Of a DNA stretch of 64,000 nt, positions 21,151 through 33,600 are shown piece after piece. The stretch's first letter is position 1; each line of letters begins with the position of its first letter. The stretch spans positions 49,268,788 through 49,332,787 of the forward strand of contig CM120640.1 in NCBI GenBank assembly GCA_051362555.1, written 5' to 3'. The position numbers and the translations under genes are program-made. Below the pieces are notes generated by a model. It did no database searches and had not been told where the DNA came from. It worked only from the letters and a program-made list of their open reading frames with translations. The DNA comes from Lingula anatina (taxonomy: Eukaryota; Animalia; Brachiopoda).

Positions 21151-24100
21151 ATCAATATTGATTTGTTCACATGGTACAAACGACCAAATCAAATAGAACT
21201 AGTACCAGCATCTACCAAAACCGCAGTCCCACATATATAGTATACGTGTATGAAACATGCGTGTGGTGGGTTGAATTATACCAAGACCGATTACATCGCT
21301 ACCTTGCCATTTATCTTTGCAACTGAGATTTATAGTTCACCGACGACTCCATCTCTCTCCTCTCCAACTGTCACATTATCAGTCATATCTAATTCGTCCA
21401 CAATAATACCCAACATAACTTCTTATGTTACGGTTATGCTATAAGAAAAATCACCGTGCCAACCTTAAAACATGCGTAAAATATTGTTATAGTTTTTACG
21501 ACATCTTGATAGTTTTTCATGCAGAGTAAAATAATGTATTACTTCCTTCACAGCTGACAAAACGTATTAAGCGAATTAATTTCACTATAAAACAAGTAGA
21601 AGTAAATGTGCACACTATGGCCGTGTAGTAAATCCCTTTTGTATTAAAATTACAGCACTTTTATCCCTGTTATATTCATGTTCACCTAATTAATCACGAA
21701 AACTATTTCTGTCGAATTATCCTAAAAATAAGTTTAAGAATTTCAATAAAGAGTGACCAAGGTGCAGACCCCTCTCCAATATGAGTGTGTTAATAACCAT
21801 GCGACAACACACTGACACGTCACTGACCTCCTTGCAGCTGACTGCAGCCCGTAGCATGTATTATTCTGCTTGTTTTCTCTTATTTCAATCAATTTGTTTT
21901 CTTTAGCTTTCCTTACTAGCAGACTAAGTGCATTACACACAATTGATATTACACCAGTGCGTATGAAATTGAATTGCCGATCAGGCGTTTTAATAACGCC
22001 AACAACAAAAAGTTATATTGACTGAAAGGCTAGTAAATGAACTAATATTTCCGAATTTAAAGCAACTCAAATCTTCCAAACATTTATTTGACCAAAATTC
22101 AAGAGTTACGAATATGTTGTTATTCACATCGTACACTAAACCGAAGCCCTCTTCAATGAAATGTCTTATTTTTCAGTTCATATTGTACTGGCAATGAGAC
22201 AAAATTCGACGCATGTTTTTCTAATGTTTGCAAAATAAACAAATATACTTTCTTCAAAAAAAATTCATGGCCGTTCCCCCTCTGTCAGACTGACTACAGT
22301 TACATTTTCTACCTTCTATTGGATACATAGCAGTAGGGATCTCTCATTACCCTATTTACATTACACTGTACCAACGAGCAGCACACAATACCGGTGGATT
22401 AGCCCTCTGGTCAGCGAGCTGAAATAAACTAATAATAATCGAGGAACAGTTCGGCTGGACAAACAGCCGACCAGCGACAACAATATCCACACAGCCATTC
22501 GCTTTCTTGCCCCACAATACTTCCTACCTGCTTATATTATAATGGTCAGTTTTTGCAGACCAAACAAACACAGTTTACCTTACATGCCTGTTTCTTTTTA
22601 CATGTCATTTATGACTTCTCGAATTGGAAATGAAATTACCGCATCAAGGCAAAACTCAGAGGGAATAAGAAGAAGAAGAAGAGGAGGAAAATGGGGAAAG
22701 GGCTTAGATATTTAAACTGGTACTTGTGAAGCCCTTTGCGTCTCCCATCAAGCCACACCTATCTGTAAATTAGGGAACAAGATAGTGCCCCCCCTTAACC
22801 CACCCTCATTCCTGTGATCACATTATCTTATAACGCTTTTATATGAAATTGCAAAATAAGCTTGTTATACTGGTTATATAAGGCTTTTTGACAGATTCAG
22901 TATACGGTTTGCGATTCCTTTTGCAATCATTCACCTGACTATCTATAGAAAAAGACCCGCAGGTCATGATATATTCTTCCTTAAGCTCATTTCATTGTAA
23001 TATATCTCATGTTTAGTTGTTGTTACAATTTTCAGTTTGTGATGGTTTGAATAAAATGTTGAGTGCAGACAACACTGAGGATAGTAAATAGCACCAAGCA
23101 GTGTGAGAACACTTTGAAATAATACACCTGAACATTGTTCTTAGCGTAATGGCTTGAATTAATTCATTATCACAAATTAAGTAATGTTTTGCATTAATTC
23201 GCTGAAGTTATGAAATATTTCACATGGCTTTGTTAATTGAATGTTGAAAAAACTCGTTGAAAATGAGAAATAATTGGTTGAGTGCTCCCTCCCCCCCCCT
23301 TTTTTTTTTGGGGGGGGGGGGGGCATAGAGCTTAAATTCACCGGAGTCGCTTGTTCTTTTTCACGCAGTTGATCCAGGTGTACTGGCATGACTATTTAAT
23401 ATTTCAAAATAAGATTGTGCCGTTTCCAAAACATTATTGGCGCACAAAAAGGTCGACTTTCTATTTTCTCATTTATCAGTCACGTGGAGGGAGCTTTGAG
23501 AAGTAATTTGTTCTTTTCATGTATCTTGCGTCGTAATAATTTTACCTTTAAGCTACAACATTGCTTTCGCCTGAACAAATTTAACCGGACTGTCCTAACG
23601 ACCCGACAACGAGCCTGCATGTTAATCTAATATACTAACGAAAAAGCAAAACACATTGCCTTAACTTAATAAGTTTACAAGATATTCCGGACTACTTAGG
23701 TAGCTCCATCAAGCCCAATTTCGCCATGATTGAATCCTGGCAGCGGCTTTATATCTTACTTTGGTTTAATTATTCTGAACCAATGCAGGGAAAAATCTCG
23801 TCGGTTCAACAGGACAGACAGACCTGTCTATCTACGAATAAATCCACAATTGACTATCAAAGTGAACGAGGTACCATACAGTGATGGAAAGCAATATGCA
23901 GACAGACGAATGCATAGGCAGGTGCATTATTAGCATCATAAGACTGTCACCTCCCGAATTTTGGCCGTAGCAAAAGTAGACCTTACATGTCATTTCTCCA
24001 CACCACTATTATTACTATTTGCAAAAACTATGATGGTAACTATCATAAATCTGTGAGGCAGATATTCCGTCATTTTAAAATATGAAGACCGCACGTTGGA

Positions 24101-27100
24101 AAATGTCGCCCTACCTACATTGTACAGCTTAGTTAGTCAGTTTACAGATAAGATATTGTAATAAGTCTACAACCTACCCCTGCCCGACCAGAACCTCTCC
24201 CGAACACCATCAGGAAGCCCTGTAGCGATATGCAGCAAGAGACTGACAGGAAAATGATCAGTAAATGCCAGAAATTGATGCATCTCCTTTTGAGATGATG
24301 AATATGTGAAGTTATTTGTACAAGTTCTGACTAAAGACAGGTGAGGTATGTTTTTAAAATGATCTTCCTCTCACAGGCTCACATTTCGGTGATGTATATG
24401 GGAAGTCTAGTTCCACCTCCCAAAAAAGTCACAACACTCTACGTTAAGCACAATACAGTGCAGTCGCATATCACTTTTGTCTATCATCCCCTAACTTAAT
24501 CAATTAGCTAAAGTTTCGCATTTCTACGTTGTTTATATATTCGCAAGAGCTCTAGTCCAAGTTAAATAAAAATAATGGAAAACCTATACACTAAGCTATC
24601 CAAATATTCGAGCAATAGCATATCTGAGTGAAACGTCCTCCTGTGCCTCCCTCTTAACTACATGGTAATAAGTCAAAACTTCACTTTCTGTTCCCTCTAT
24701 GGTGTTCCAATTTGACCTTAAAGAAACTTATAGAAAAGTGCGATTTCAAGTGCAATTAACTAGTGCACCTATGTCGTAGCTTTCAATTGCACCTTTTAGG
24801 TATCTATCTTCAATTTATCAGTTTGGAAAATGACAGGACCTCCGAAGGCTCACATTGAGGAAGTCTGCTCCTGCCATACATATAAGTCAAAATGGCTACA
24901 TGTGTATGCCATATAAATTGATACAGAGTTGGCTCGTATATACCAGTATGTTAAGGATATGTATTTATCACTTGATCAATTAAGAAATGGAGGAAAGTTG
25001 CAGTCTAACTGAATGGGTAAAACCTGAAACGGATAGTGAGGAGGTCCCATTTTGAACAATATATACATGCATACATCCTGGCAAGAGTAATTAAACTTAA
25101 TTGTCTTCATTACAAAAAATAAACTTGTAATCTGACTATAGGCGCTAGTATTCGCCCTACCACCTGCATTAATAAACAATCTTACCTCACACCTCGCCCA
25201 GTGCTTGAGTACGTAAACAGAAGATTACCTCAGGTATATGATGTCATTCAGTATTAAGCCCCCAGCATGGCCACCAGTAGATCACGGAGATAGAACAGAG
25301 TTTGGACCATAGTGTAACGCTGGCCTTAACATCCGCGCGCTGACCCCTAAAGAAGCATTAGGGTGGGCTAGTTTAGAGGGCACACCCTTTGACACTGTTT
25401 TCGTGTCTGATCAATTTTGCTGCATATAAAAGTATCTTCTCTAGTGTTATATCAATCATTTCTCTGTAATTCCCTGATAATTTGAAAAACACTGAAGGGC
25501 ACGTTTTAACACAGGAGGTTGCCAGCCTAAATGTGAAGAAAAAAAAAACAAAAAAAAAAAACGCCCCCACCTCACCTACGTCAATACAAAACTACTTACA
25601 CTATACACTTTGTCTAAAACTATCTGTTTAGATTTTTACATCATAAATCCAAGATGGCCACCAACAGAAACAAATTTCAGACTGTTGTGTATAGACAGAA
25701 AATACATATTTCAGAACGTTCTTGAATACTTATTTTCCAGATAGTTCCAGGACATTTTAAACAAAATTAGATTTTTTTTGATGGGAACAAAATATAAAAG
25801 ATTGTCATTTTGTAGATTTTTCATTTATTCTTAAATTCGTCTTATGAAAAACGAATGAATTTAAAAAATCACGAAAAACATACATGTAGTACTTAAGTTA
25901 TTCACCACTGAAATGGATTTCAAGTTGTGGATTTTTGGACAAATAATAACATCCAGACTCTTTGTTTTGCCCAAATTCAGACTTTTTAGTGGCAACCAAA
26001 ATCCATTTCCTGCCGTCTTTACAAGGATTGCAAGCTTAAAACTTAAAATTATCTACCTAACAGACGATAAACATTTTATATGAACGACAAATAGATCAAA
26101 AGAATACACAATTTGATCAAAATATTTGGATTGCAGTCTCCTCTTACTACATTGAATCCATGCTATTATGTTTGCGTACGCTGTCAATTTGGACTCAAGT
26201 GGCACAGATTCAAGATGGCCACCAAGGCGATTCGGTTTCGAATTGAAGTGTATGAAGATAAGCCATCAAGCATGCACTCTACAAAATCTACATTTCCTAA
26301 ATTTCACCAGATCCTCAAACTAGTATGTTTATATGTTTCAAGACCAATTCAACAAACCTTGATAACAAAACCAGACCTTCAGCATGCACTATTATCCATG
26401 CGGGCCCATCCATACACAAAATCTTGAACTTACAGTCTTGGGCTGCTATCTTTGATCTACGATATGAAGTCTAAATCATCTTATTACTGAATTTCGATCC
26501 CTGTCATATAGATAAAAGCAATAAGAAGCAACCCCAGGTGCTTAAAAGGCCAAATGATTGACTTCTTAATAACGTAATGTTCCCTTGGTACGCATCATGT
26601 TAGACCTAAGCTCCGTGTTTTTTCAGTCTTCCACTGCCTTGCATTTTTAGCAAAATAAACCGCGACCAACTCCTCCACACCCTGTATTATAAGAAAGGCA
26701 GGTGTGGGATATTTACTTAACATAACATTGTGTACTGTATTACATAACTATGCTCCTAGTGTTAAGTTTCGATAAATAACCCGTGCATCATGTAGGAAAA
26801 AGGTAAGACAAGGTCGAACTAATTCTCAGGCAGCAGTCATTGGCATTTAACCAATCAAAACGGGAAGACTATTGGTCAAATGATTTATTTTTTCCATTCC
26901 ACTCCTATGACTTTCGTCCAGATAACTCTTAAGAGAGTCATGCGTGTAAGATATTCATGAATGCAACTTATCAAATTAAACTGGACTCAATTCCACATCG
27001 TACGATACAGTATTGATGATTCTAGGACGATTTAAAGCCCGGCCTCAAGCGCATCTCTTCGGGTTAAAAGTTGAGCTGTTTTGAATACAGGGTTGAGGCC

Positions 27101-29458
27101 GGTCTTCCGTTCTTTGCCTTGTCCAGTCGTAAGTCAGATTTTAGAAAATAACAGATGCCTGCCTGACTGGGTGAAATGAATTTAACTACCCAGACATTTC
27201 TAATAGGCTTTAATGAAATCGGACAGAAAGTAATACTGACCAATTGAATACATGTTCCAGTAAACGGACATTAATCCGTTAAAAGATCGAATGTCTTTTT
27301 TCTTGTTTCTTCAGTGGTCATTGACCATGTGTATAGAAGAAATTGCATTACTACGAGCAAATAGCGTGAAAAGAAAATACATATCAGTATTTCTAATGTT
27401 TTAGTAAAACGTGCCCTCACCGAGATCTTTAGTCTGTAGGGCTTTCAGTAGCGTTTCATCATATACAAAAGTGTGCACAATTAAGAAATAAACGCAAGCG
27501 ATTTACGCTGAATAGAACTGAGTATATATAGGCGATGGGGATTTTTTTTTTTGGGGGGGGGGGGTACACGTACTTTTCTCAAACGTCTAATGGAATATAT
27601 TTGTACACGGCAGATATTCTAGATTTCTCACTGATTAGAAGAAAACCCAAGGGCTATGATAGTGTAACCGACATATTAACGTTACGGACAGGTGTATCTG
27701 GTGCTATATGAAAACAAACTACTGAAGTAATTCCCAGCCAAATTTCTAACCTTTGCTTTCCAGCATTGTGCGCGTTTACTGCATACATTGCTTGAATTGA
27801 TTTTAAGCAACAAACCCTGGGTATATTCAGGACAACAGGAGACAAGCCAGACTTTTCTGAGCCTTCTTAAAGCTTAATTGGGCTCTTTGGATAAATCGCA
27901 ACGGCGGGTAACGAGTAATGATTTTATGGTACATGCAAGGACTACATACTGCAGCTCTTATAACAGTCACTATGATGGCTTTCATCACTCGATTTCACAA
28001 ACTTCAGCTGTGTCTCGCTCGCTGGGATGCAAAAAGTCTAAGCACGTTCGGTCCACCTTTCACTTGTTGTGTTACTTAATCTCAAATCTAAATTAAACCC
28101 ACAAAACAATTATAGTCAAGCACATATATAAATAACCGAAATACCACGCCTGATGAATCTATATTTAAGACTCGAGTCTTTTTAAGGTCTTCAACTTTTT
28201 TTGTGATTTCCCTTTCTATCCACGAAATGAAATTTCTGAAATCACTGCACATATTAAATCGTATTTAACTGCCATTACATTGGAGAGATATAACGCACCG
28301 TGTCCTACCTGTCCAACCCGAGTTCCGCTTTTTAATGGCTGCACCAGGGCGAATGGAGGCTTAAAGCATGCGCGACAAGTTGCTTGTGTTACGTAACTTC
28401 ACGCTCAGATGGCTGTGAAATCGCGCCATCCACTGAACAACATCTTTCGCATGAACCGATATGCTCCCACTGTACAGCAAATACCATTGAATACAAATCT
28501 GGAGTTCTTACAACGCCTTTTCTCGGATTGATCTAGCTGACAGTACACAACCGAGCCACAGTACTACGCGAGCTAACGGGATGAAGTCATCAATATACAA
28601 TTAGGCTCAATCAGATAATTGAAGTCCGATCTTGGCGGTAACTAAGTAAAAAGCCCACTGGGAAACAGCTCGGTATTCGAGGCAAACTTGCAGAGTCCGT
28701 CTGCATCTTGATGGTTTTTAACGACCCAAATTCTCCGGATTGTTCCTGAGCTACAATTCACCGAGCGTTGTTCTACTCTGCTGACTGCCTTATAAATCTT
28801 ATCCATAAATCAAGACTTATATGAATTCTATTTGGAACAGAGAAACTACGTAATCCTCTAGATTCTTGTTGTTCCTTTTCTTCGTGCGGTAATAATATGT
28901 TGTTCTTGTGTATTCTGCTTTAAAGCTGTATTTGTGCTGTCGGGTCTAAGTTGCGCAATGGGAACAAATCTTTCTGATATCATAATATCGCGGAACGGTG
29001 ATTCTAAGATCAGAACATCGTAATACCTCCTTTTCTGCCAAATTTGAAATGAAGAAGTAAATTGAAGGCTTATTTACAATCAATGTGAATCGATCTCTTG
29101 CTTGGCTTTATCAGCAGTTCTTGGCTGGAGGCGAACATGTGTTGCCGAGTTGGATGGGAGGAGCCAACTAGAACTTTTCATTCGGCAAGAATGCAATGAA
29201 CATTTAAATAGAAAACTTGGACGTAAACAAGAAAAAGTATGCTGAGACATTTTTAGATGCAAAACGAACGTATTATGAATCCAGGACCCTGAAGCCAAAC
29301 TAGTTTTTGTTTTGTATTTGATTAAAAAAAGGCAAAAGGGATGTATTTCTTTTACTTTTGGCAACTTGAAGCACTTGTAGACAGATTTATTAACCAACCT
29401 ACGCAAACATTAATTCATAGGCCTCTGGGGCACTACACGTACTGGGTCTTAAGTCATA

Positions 29459-30163
29459 AACCCCATTCACACGAGACACTTTCAATCGCGATTAGTGCCA
29501 AATCGCGATTCTATCGATGTAAAGCTTCTAGTGTGAACGCAGTCGAGACGCCAAATCGCGATTCAAATTAATCCTACTCGAGAGGTGGATTCTATCGATG
29601 TAAACTTAAATCGCGATATAAAATTTCCTAGTGAGAACGGGATCGATGTTAACACCGGAAGTTGAGGACTTAGGCGCGTGCACAGTTTATATCGTAGGCC
29701 CTAAGTACAATACAATACAATACAATAAATTTTATTTCATGTCGGGTATAAATTGAAACGAAACATTAGCTAAATGCATCTATTCGCCGACTGGAAAGTG
29801 AAAGAAAAGAAACTGTTCACGCAATTTCAAGTTTCTTAGCAGTCAGCAAAATGGCCACGAGGACGTAGGCCCTACTGGTCTGAAAACTCAGTGGCAGCAT
29901 AACTAAATATTTGGGCCGATGAGAGTATTAAACAGAAAATAACACCGTACACACCGAAAGCATGGTCTTGAAGGCAGCTACTGCGCATGATCAACAGGAT
30001 ATACCGTGACTCCCCTAGGGAGCGCAGTTGCAATTACCAGATCTAGCAAGGTAAATCGCGATTTCGTTTTTACATGTGTGAACGCAAAAAAGTGAATTTA
30101 GCTAAGCGCGTTAGAATCGCGATTCCCTTAATCTCGATTAACCATGTAGGTGTGAATGGGGCT
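29459..30163 (+). mobile_element. Non-autonomous PIF/Harbinger deletion derivative carrying a Myb/SANT ORF remnant
   Basis: TIRs a(a/g)ccccattcacac / gtgtgaatggggct with ATA on both flanks. Repeated subterminal AATCGCGAT(T) palindromes and gtgtgaacgc at both ends. Internal YWSENSVAA*LNIWADESIKQKI (29873-29941) matches a trihelix/Myb-SANT N-terminus. Confidence 0.85.
29706..29790 (-). mobile_element. 5'-truncated retroposon 3' end nested in the Harbinger element
   Basis: On -: ...cccgacatgaAATAAAattt followed by an (ATTGT)n tail. Confidence 0.45.
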
Positions 30164-32609
30164 ATAGAGCCTGCCATATCTTATAAAAAAAATAGCTCCT
30201 CATGCAGGAGATCTCTGCCAAGTCCTGTGCTGTGAAGAGCGAAGGCGTTGAAATATTTCAAAATTCTCTGACAAAAATTTTACCCAAGACAGGGTTATTT
30301 TTAACCTGTGCACACGAACAACATATAATCATCGCAGGCTTTTGAGACTGAACGATCCTGTGATATGGCACCTACTAGTACCACTGCACACCCCCACCAC
30401 CCGCCTTTCATAACAGACACCGTGTACTACTAAAATTTTGAATCACAAAAAAAGTTGAAAAATGTGCAAACGGATTCCATTCCTCTTTATTGAATCCTCC
30501 GTCTATTTCACAATAAAATCGAAGTTTCAGCAATGAAGAAATGTTTTTTAACAAAAAGTCAATTTTCAAATAATTCCAACCATGAACTGAACGAGAACAC
30601 TTACATCATGCCTCCTGTTGATTAGTTACTTCTCAACGTTCTACGAGGTCTTAAAATATACTACTGGCAGCAAGAATGTATATTTGGAAAAGTGAAAAGG
30701 GAGCTCCCCCAAACCCTCTCAATGCGCCTACAGGCTCCGTCGATAAGTGCTGCTAATTAACGTTCTCTAAAGTTTGCTATCAAGTAACAAAATGCACAAA
30801 AAGAGAGTAGACGCTTTCTATACTTACAACAACCACAGAAGCGATACAGAGGATGGAGTTTCAGTATTTATCGCTTCAAATCGCAAATGTAAACTGGATT
30901 TTAGAACCTGACACACGTGAGCTTAATCGCGTTGTATACGTTTAAACACTGAATGCATAAAGTTACCATGTCATAAGCTATATTTTAGAGTCGTAGAATA
31001 TTATATGCACGATATGTCGACCCTAAACTTATATGATGGACACGAAATACGTCAGAACTAAGGGCTAAGGTTATGGTCAGATAAGTGGCCCGTATTGTAC
31101 CAGCATCCATATGGCAGTTAAGCTAAAACAGTCTTATTCGGATGTGGATGACAGGGATGCATATTAATCTTTCTAAGCGCATACAGGGCACGTGCTTTTT
31201 TCAAAGAAAATATTTCTTAATATTTGTAACTGATCACTACAGTAGCTTATATCTGTGCTGTAGACAGGTCACAAGATTGATGGGTCAAAAGGCGCTTTAA
31301 GAACTTGTTAACACGCAAAGGTTCCTTACCCTTTAATTCTATTTAAAAGGGCAGTAAATTTCACAGAGAAATTAAATATGCACATTACTTAAAGTTTTTA
31401 ACGTTTAAAAATCAAAATAAAGATTATGCTTCAAATGTTATCATAAAAGCTCTGTTTAAATCATTCAACAAAATCTCTATGATAAATCATGTTTTATGCA
31501 CCGAGCAACATTTAAACACAGCCCTTTGAAAAACATATCACGTCTTCAGGGTAGCATTTTGGCAAAGTTACCCTTCATTAAGTTTCGTAGACCTGAACTT
31601 TGTATACTCAATTTGCATTCGTTGCTAACAGTCTGTCCAATTAACAGTATGTAGGATGCTTTTTTTTTTGCTCGCGTGACACAAAAGAAGAGTTTTATAG
31701 CCGTGGTCACTGGACACGAACTCGTAAGAGCAGCGCGCAAGATGAATACACCACTCGCTACCAAACACTAAAGGTGAAATATTGCCAACTATTTGAGTTG
31801 TTGATTCGCCGCCAAAGTCAAGATATACTGCTAACCAGCAAAAGATAGTCCATAAAATTTATCTAAATTTAATAACCGTTCTGGTTAAACATATGACAAT
31901 TTTTATCAAAATGTGAAGTGCAATTAACAACCTTCCGTCTAAGTAAGTTGTATGATAATTGTAATTGTCATTGAACATAGATCGAGAGAGTCACAAACTT
32001 GAAACAGCCATTCATTAAGCCAAAGTATCCTATGTGGCAAAATCCCTCCAAATGGACATTGGGATTTTAGAAGTCCTCTCCTTTCTGAAAGAATTAAACG
32101 CTGAATCGGTGTAAGGGTATTCGCAGTTTTTAGCAATTTCTACTTAAACTTACATCAGGTTGATCTTTAAGCTGATCAAAGTCTGTATATAACTGTGATT
32201 AACGTTGTGTAAAAAAAGACGAAGCGTGACGAATGTTGCCCCTCATTGTGGTTGGTGAGCCCAATAGCTCTGTGTATGCACGGTCTTAATGGCACGGCTC
32301 TTTGTATCATGCCCTTGTATCTTGACTCATATTATTCAAAACTCGCATAAATTTACTAAAATAACTTTAAAATGTGTTCAGATAATCTATGGTAGCAAAA
32401 GCTAGTACATTACTTCATAACAACGTTTCAGTCTAAACTTAATACATAAGATAGGGGTTGGTCGTTTATTCCCATCGATTTGACTGAAAAGATATAAAGT
32501 AATAAAGCTGGATATCCTTCTTTTAATCTAGAAAAATGTCAATTTTTGTGGGGAACATGGACTATCACAATGCCATGAAAGCTGGCATTTTTTTATTGAC
32601 AATATTCAT

Positions 32610-32868
32610 TGAATGACCGGTATGACAGGAATGCTAATCTTAGGAATGAAAATCCGGGGTCCCATATGATAAGTACATGTTGGGGTTAGCCGGTGTGACA
32701 GGAATGGTAGTCCGCTAGGAGCTTTAGTCCGTTTCCCATTACTTTGCACAGGTGATATTCGTCCCATATACTAACCCCAATTCTCCGACTAACCCTAACC
32801 TGTACTCATCATATGGGATCCCGGACTTCCATTCCTAGGACTACCATTTCTCTCACACCGGCTATTCA
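32610..32868. mobile_element. Foldback MITE with ~75-bp arms containing GGTTAG motifs
   Basis: ccggtatgacaggaatgctaatcttaggaatgaaatccggggtcccatatgataagtacatgttggggttagccgg matches the reverse complement of ccgactaaccctaacctgtactcatcatatgggatcccggacttccattcctaggactaccatttctctcacaccgg. Confidence 0.85.
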
Positions 32869-33319
32869 GAGATGACGAAACTGACCACTTATTGCATTTA
32901 AGCCAGCTATCTTCTCCTGCAGCGACATATGTAAAAACCCAAATACTTGACCAGTTCACTGCATGTCTTTGAACTCGTCTGCAAAAGTAATATGGTGGGA
33001 ATTCTGTCTTTCTGCTCGTATGAAAAAGTCACCCATTGTTTGCAAGGGAAGACACACACGAGGAACTCTTTCACACCACAGGCTACCAAGGTTTTTGAAG
33101 TAATGATAAACCGAAAAAAATTGAACATCTCACATTACAACGATAAGGCCTAAAATACCATCATTCTCAGGTAGATAGTCAAAAGAACTATTACTGTCAT
33201 CTAATCTACAAGAGAGTTCCACCGGCTATGCTTCATAGTTAAATCTAGATCTTCAATAGAGTGGTAATATTTCTTCTTCTGTTAACAAGAATACCTGGGG
33301 CATCTAAAATATGCCATTC

Positions 33320-33600
33320 TCATTTGCAGAAAACTCTTTTGAATATGCGACCCCGTTTAAATGGAATCAGTTACAATCAGAACTAAGGAATAAAAGCTCA
33401 GCAGATGATTTTTTCAAAAAAAGCTCTGAAGACTTATCTTTTAAAAAGTTTTATGATTTGCCATTTTATACTTTACAGAACACTATAATTAAACATTTTT
33501 CTATTTACTTTAAATATTATTAATTTTTAATCTAAAATAATCCATTTAACTTTTTATTGTATTTGTAAGGTATACAGAACATATTCATTATTATTAAAAC
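33320..33600 (+). mobile_element. L2/CR1-group LINE 3' remnant
   Basis: FAENSFEYATPFKWNQLQSELRNKSSADDF/KKALKTYL matches the ORF2 C-terminal motif (RSF..AAP.LWN.LP..LR......FKK.LKTYLF). Followed by an AT-rich UTR and an (ATT)n tail near 33590. Confidence 0.7.
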
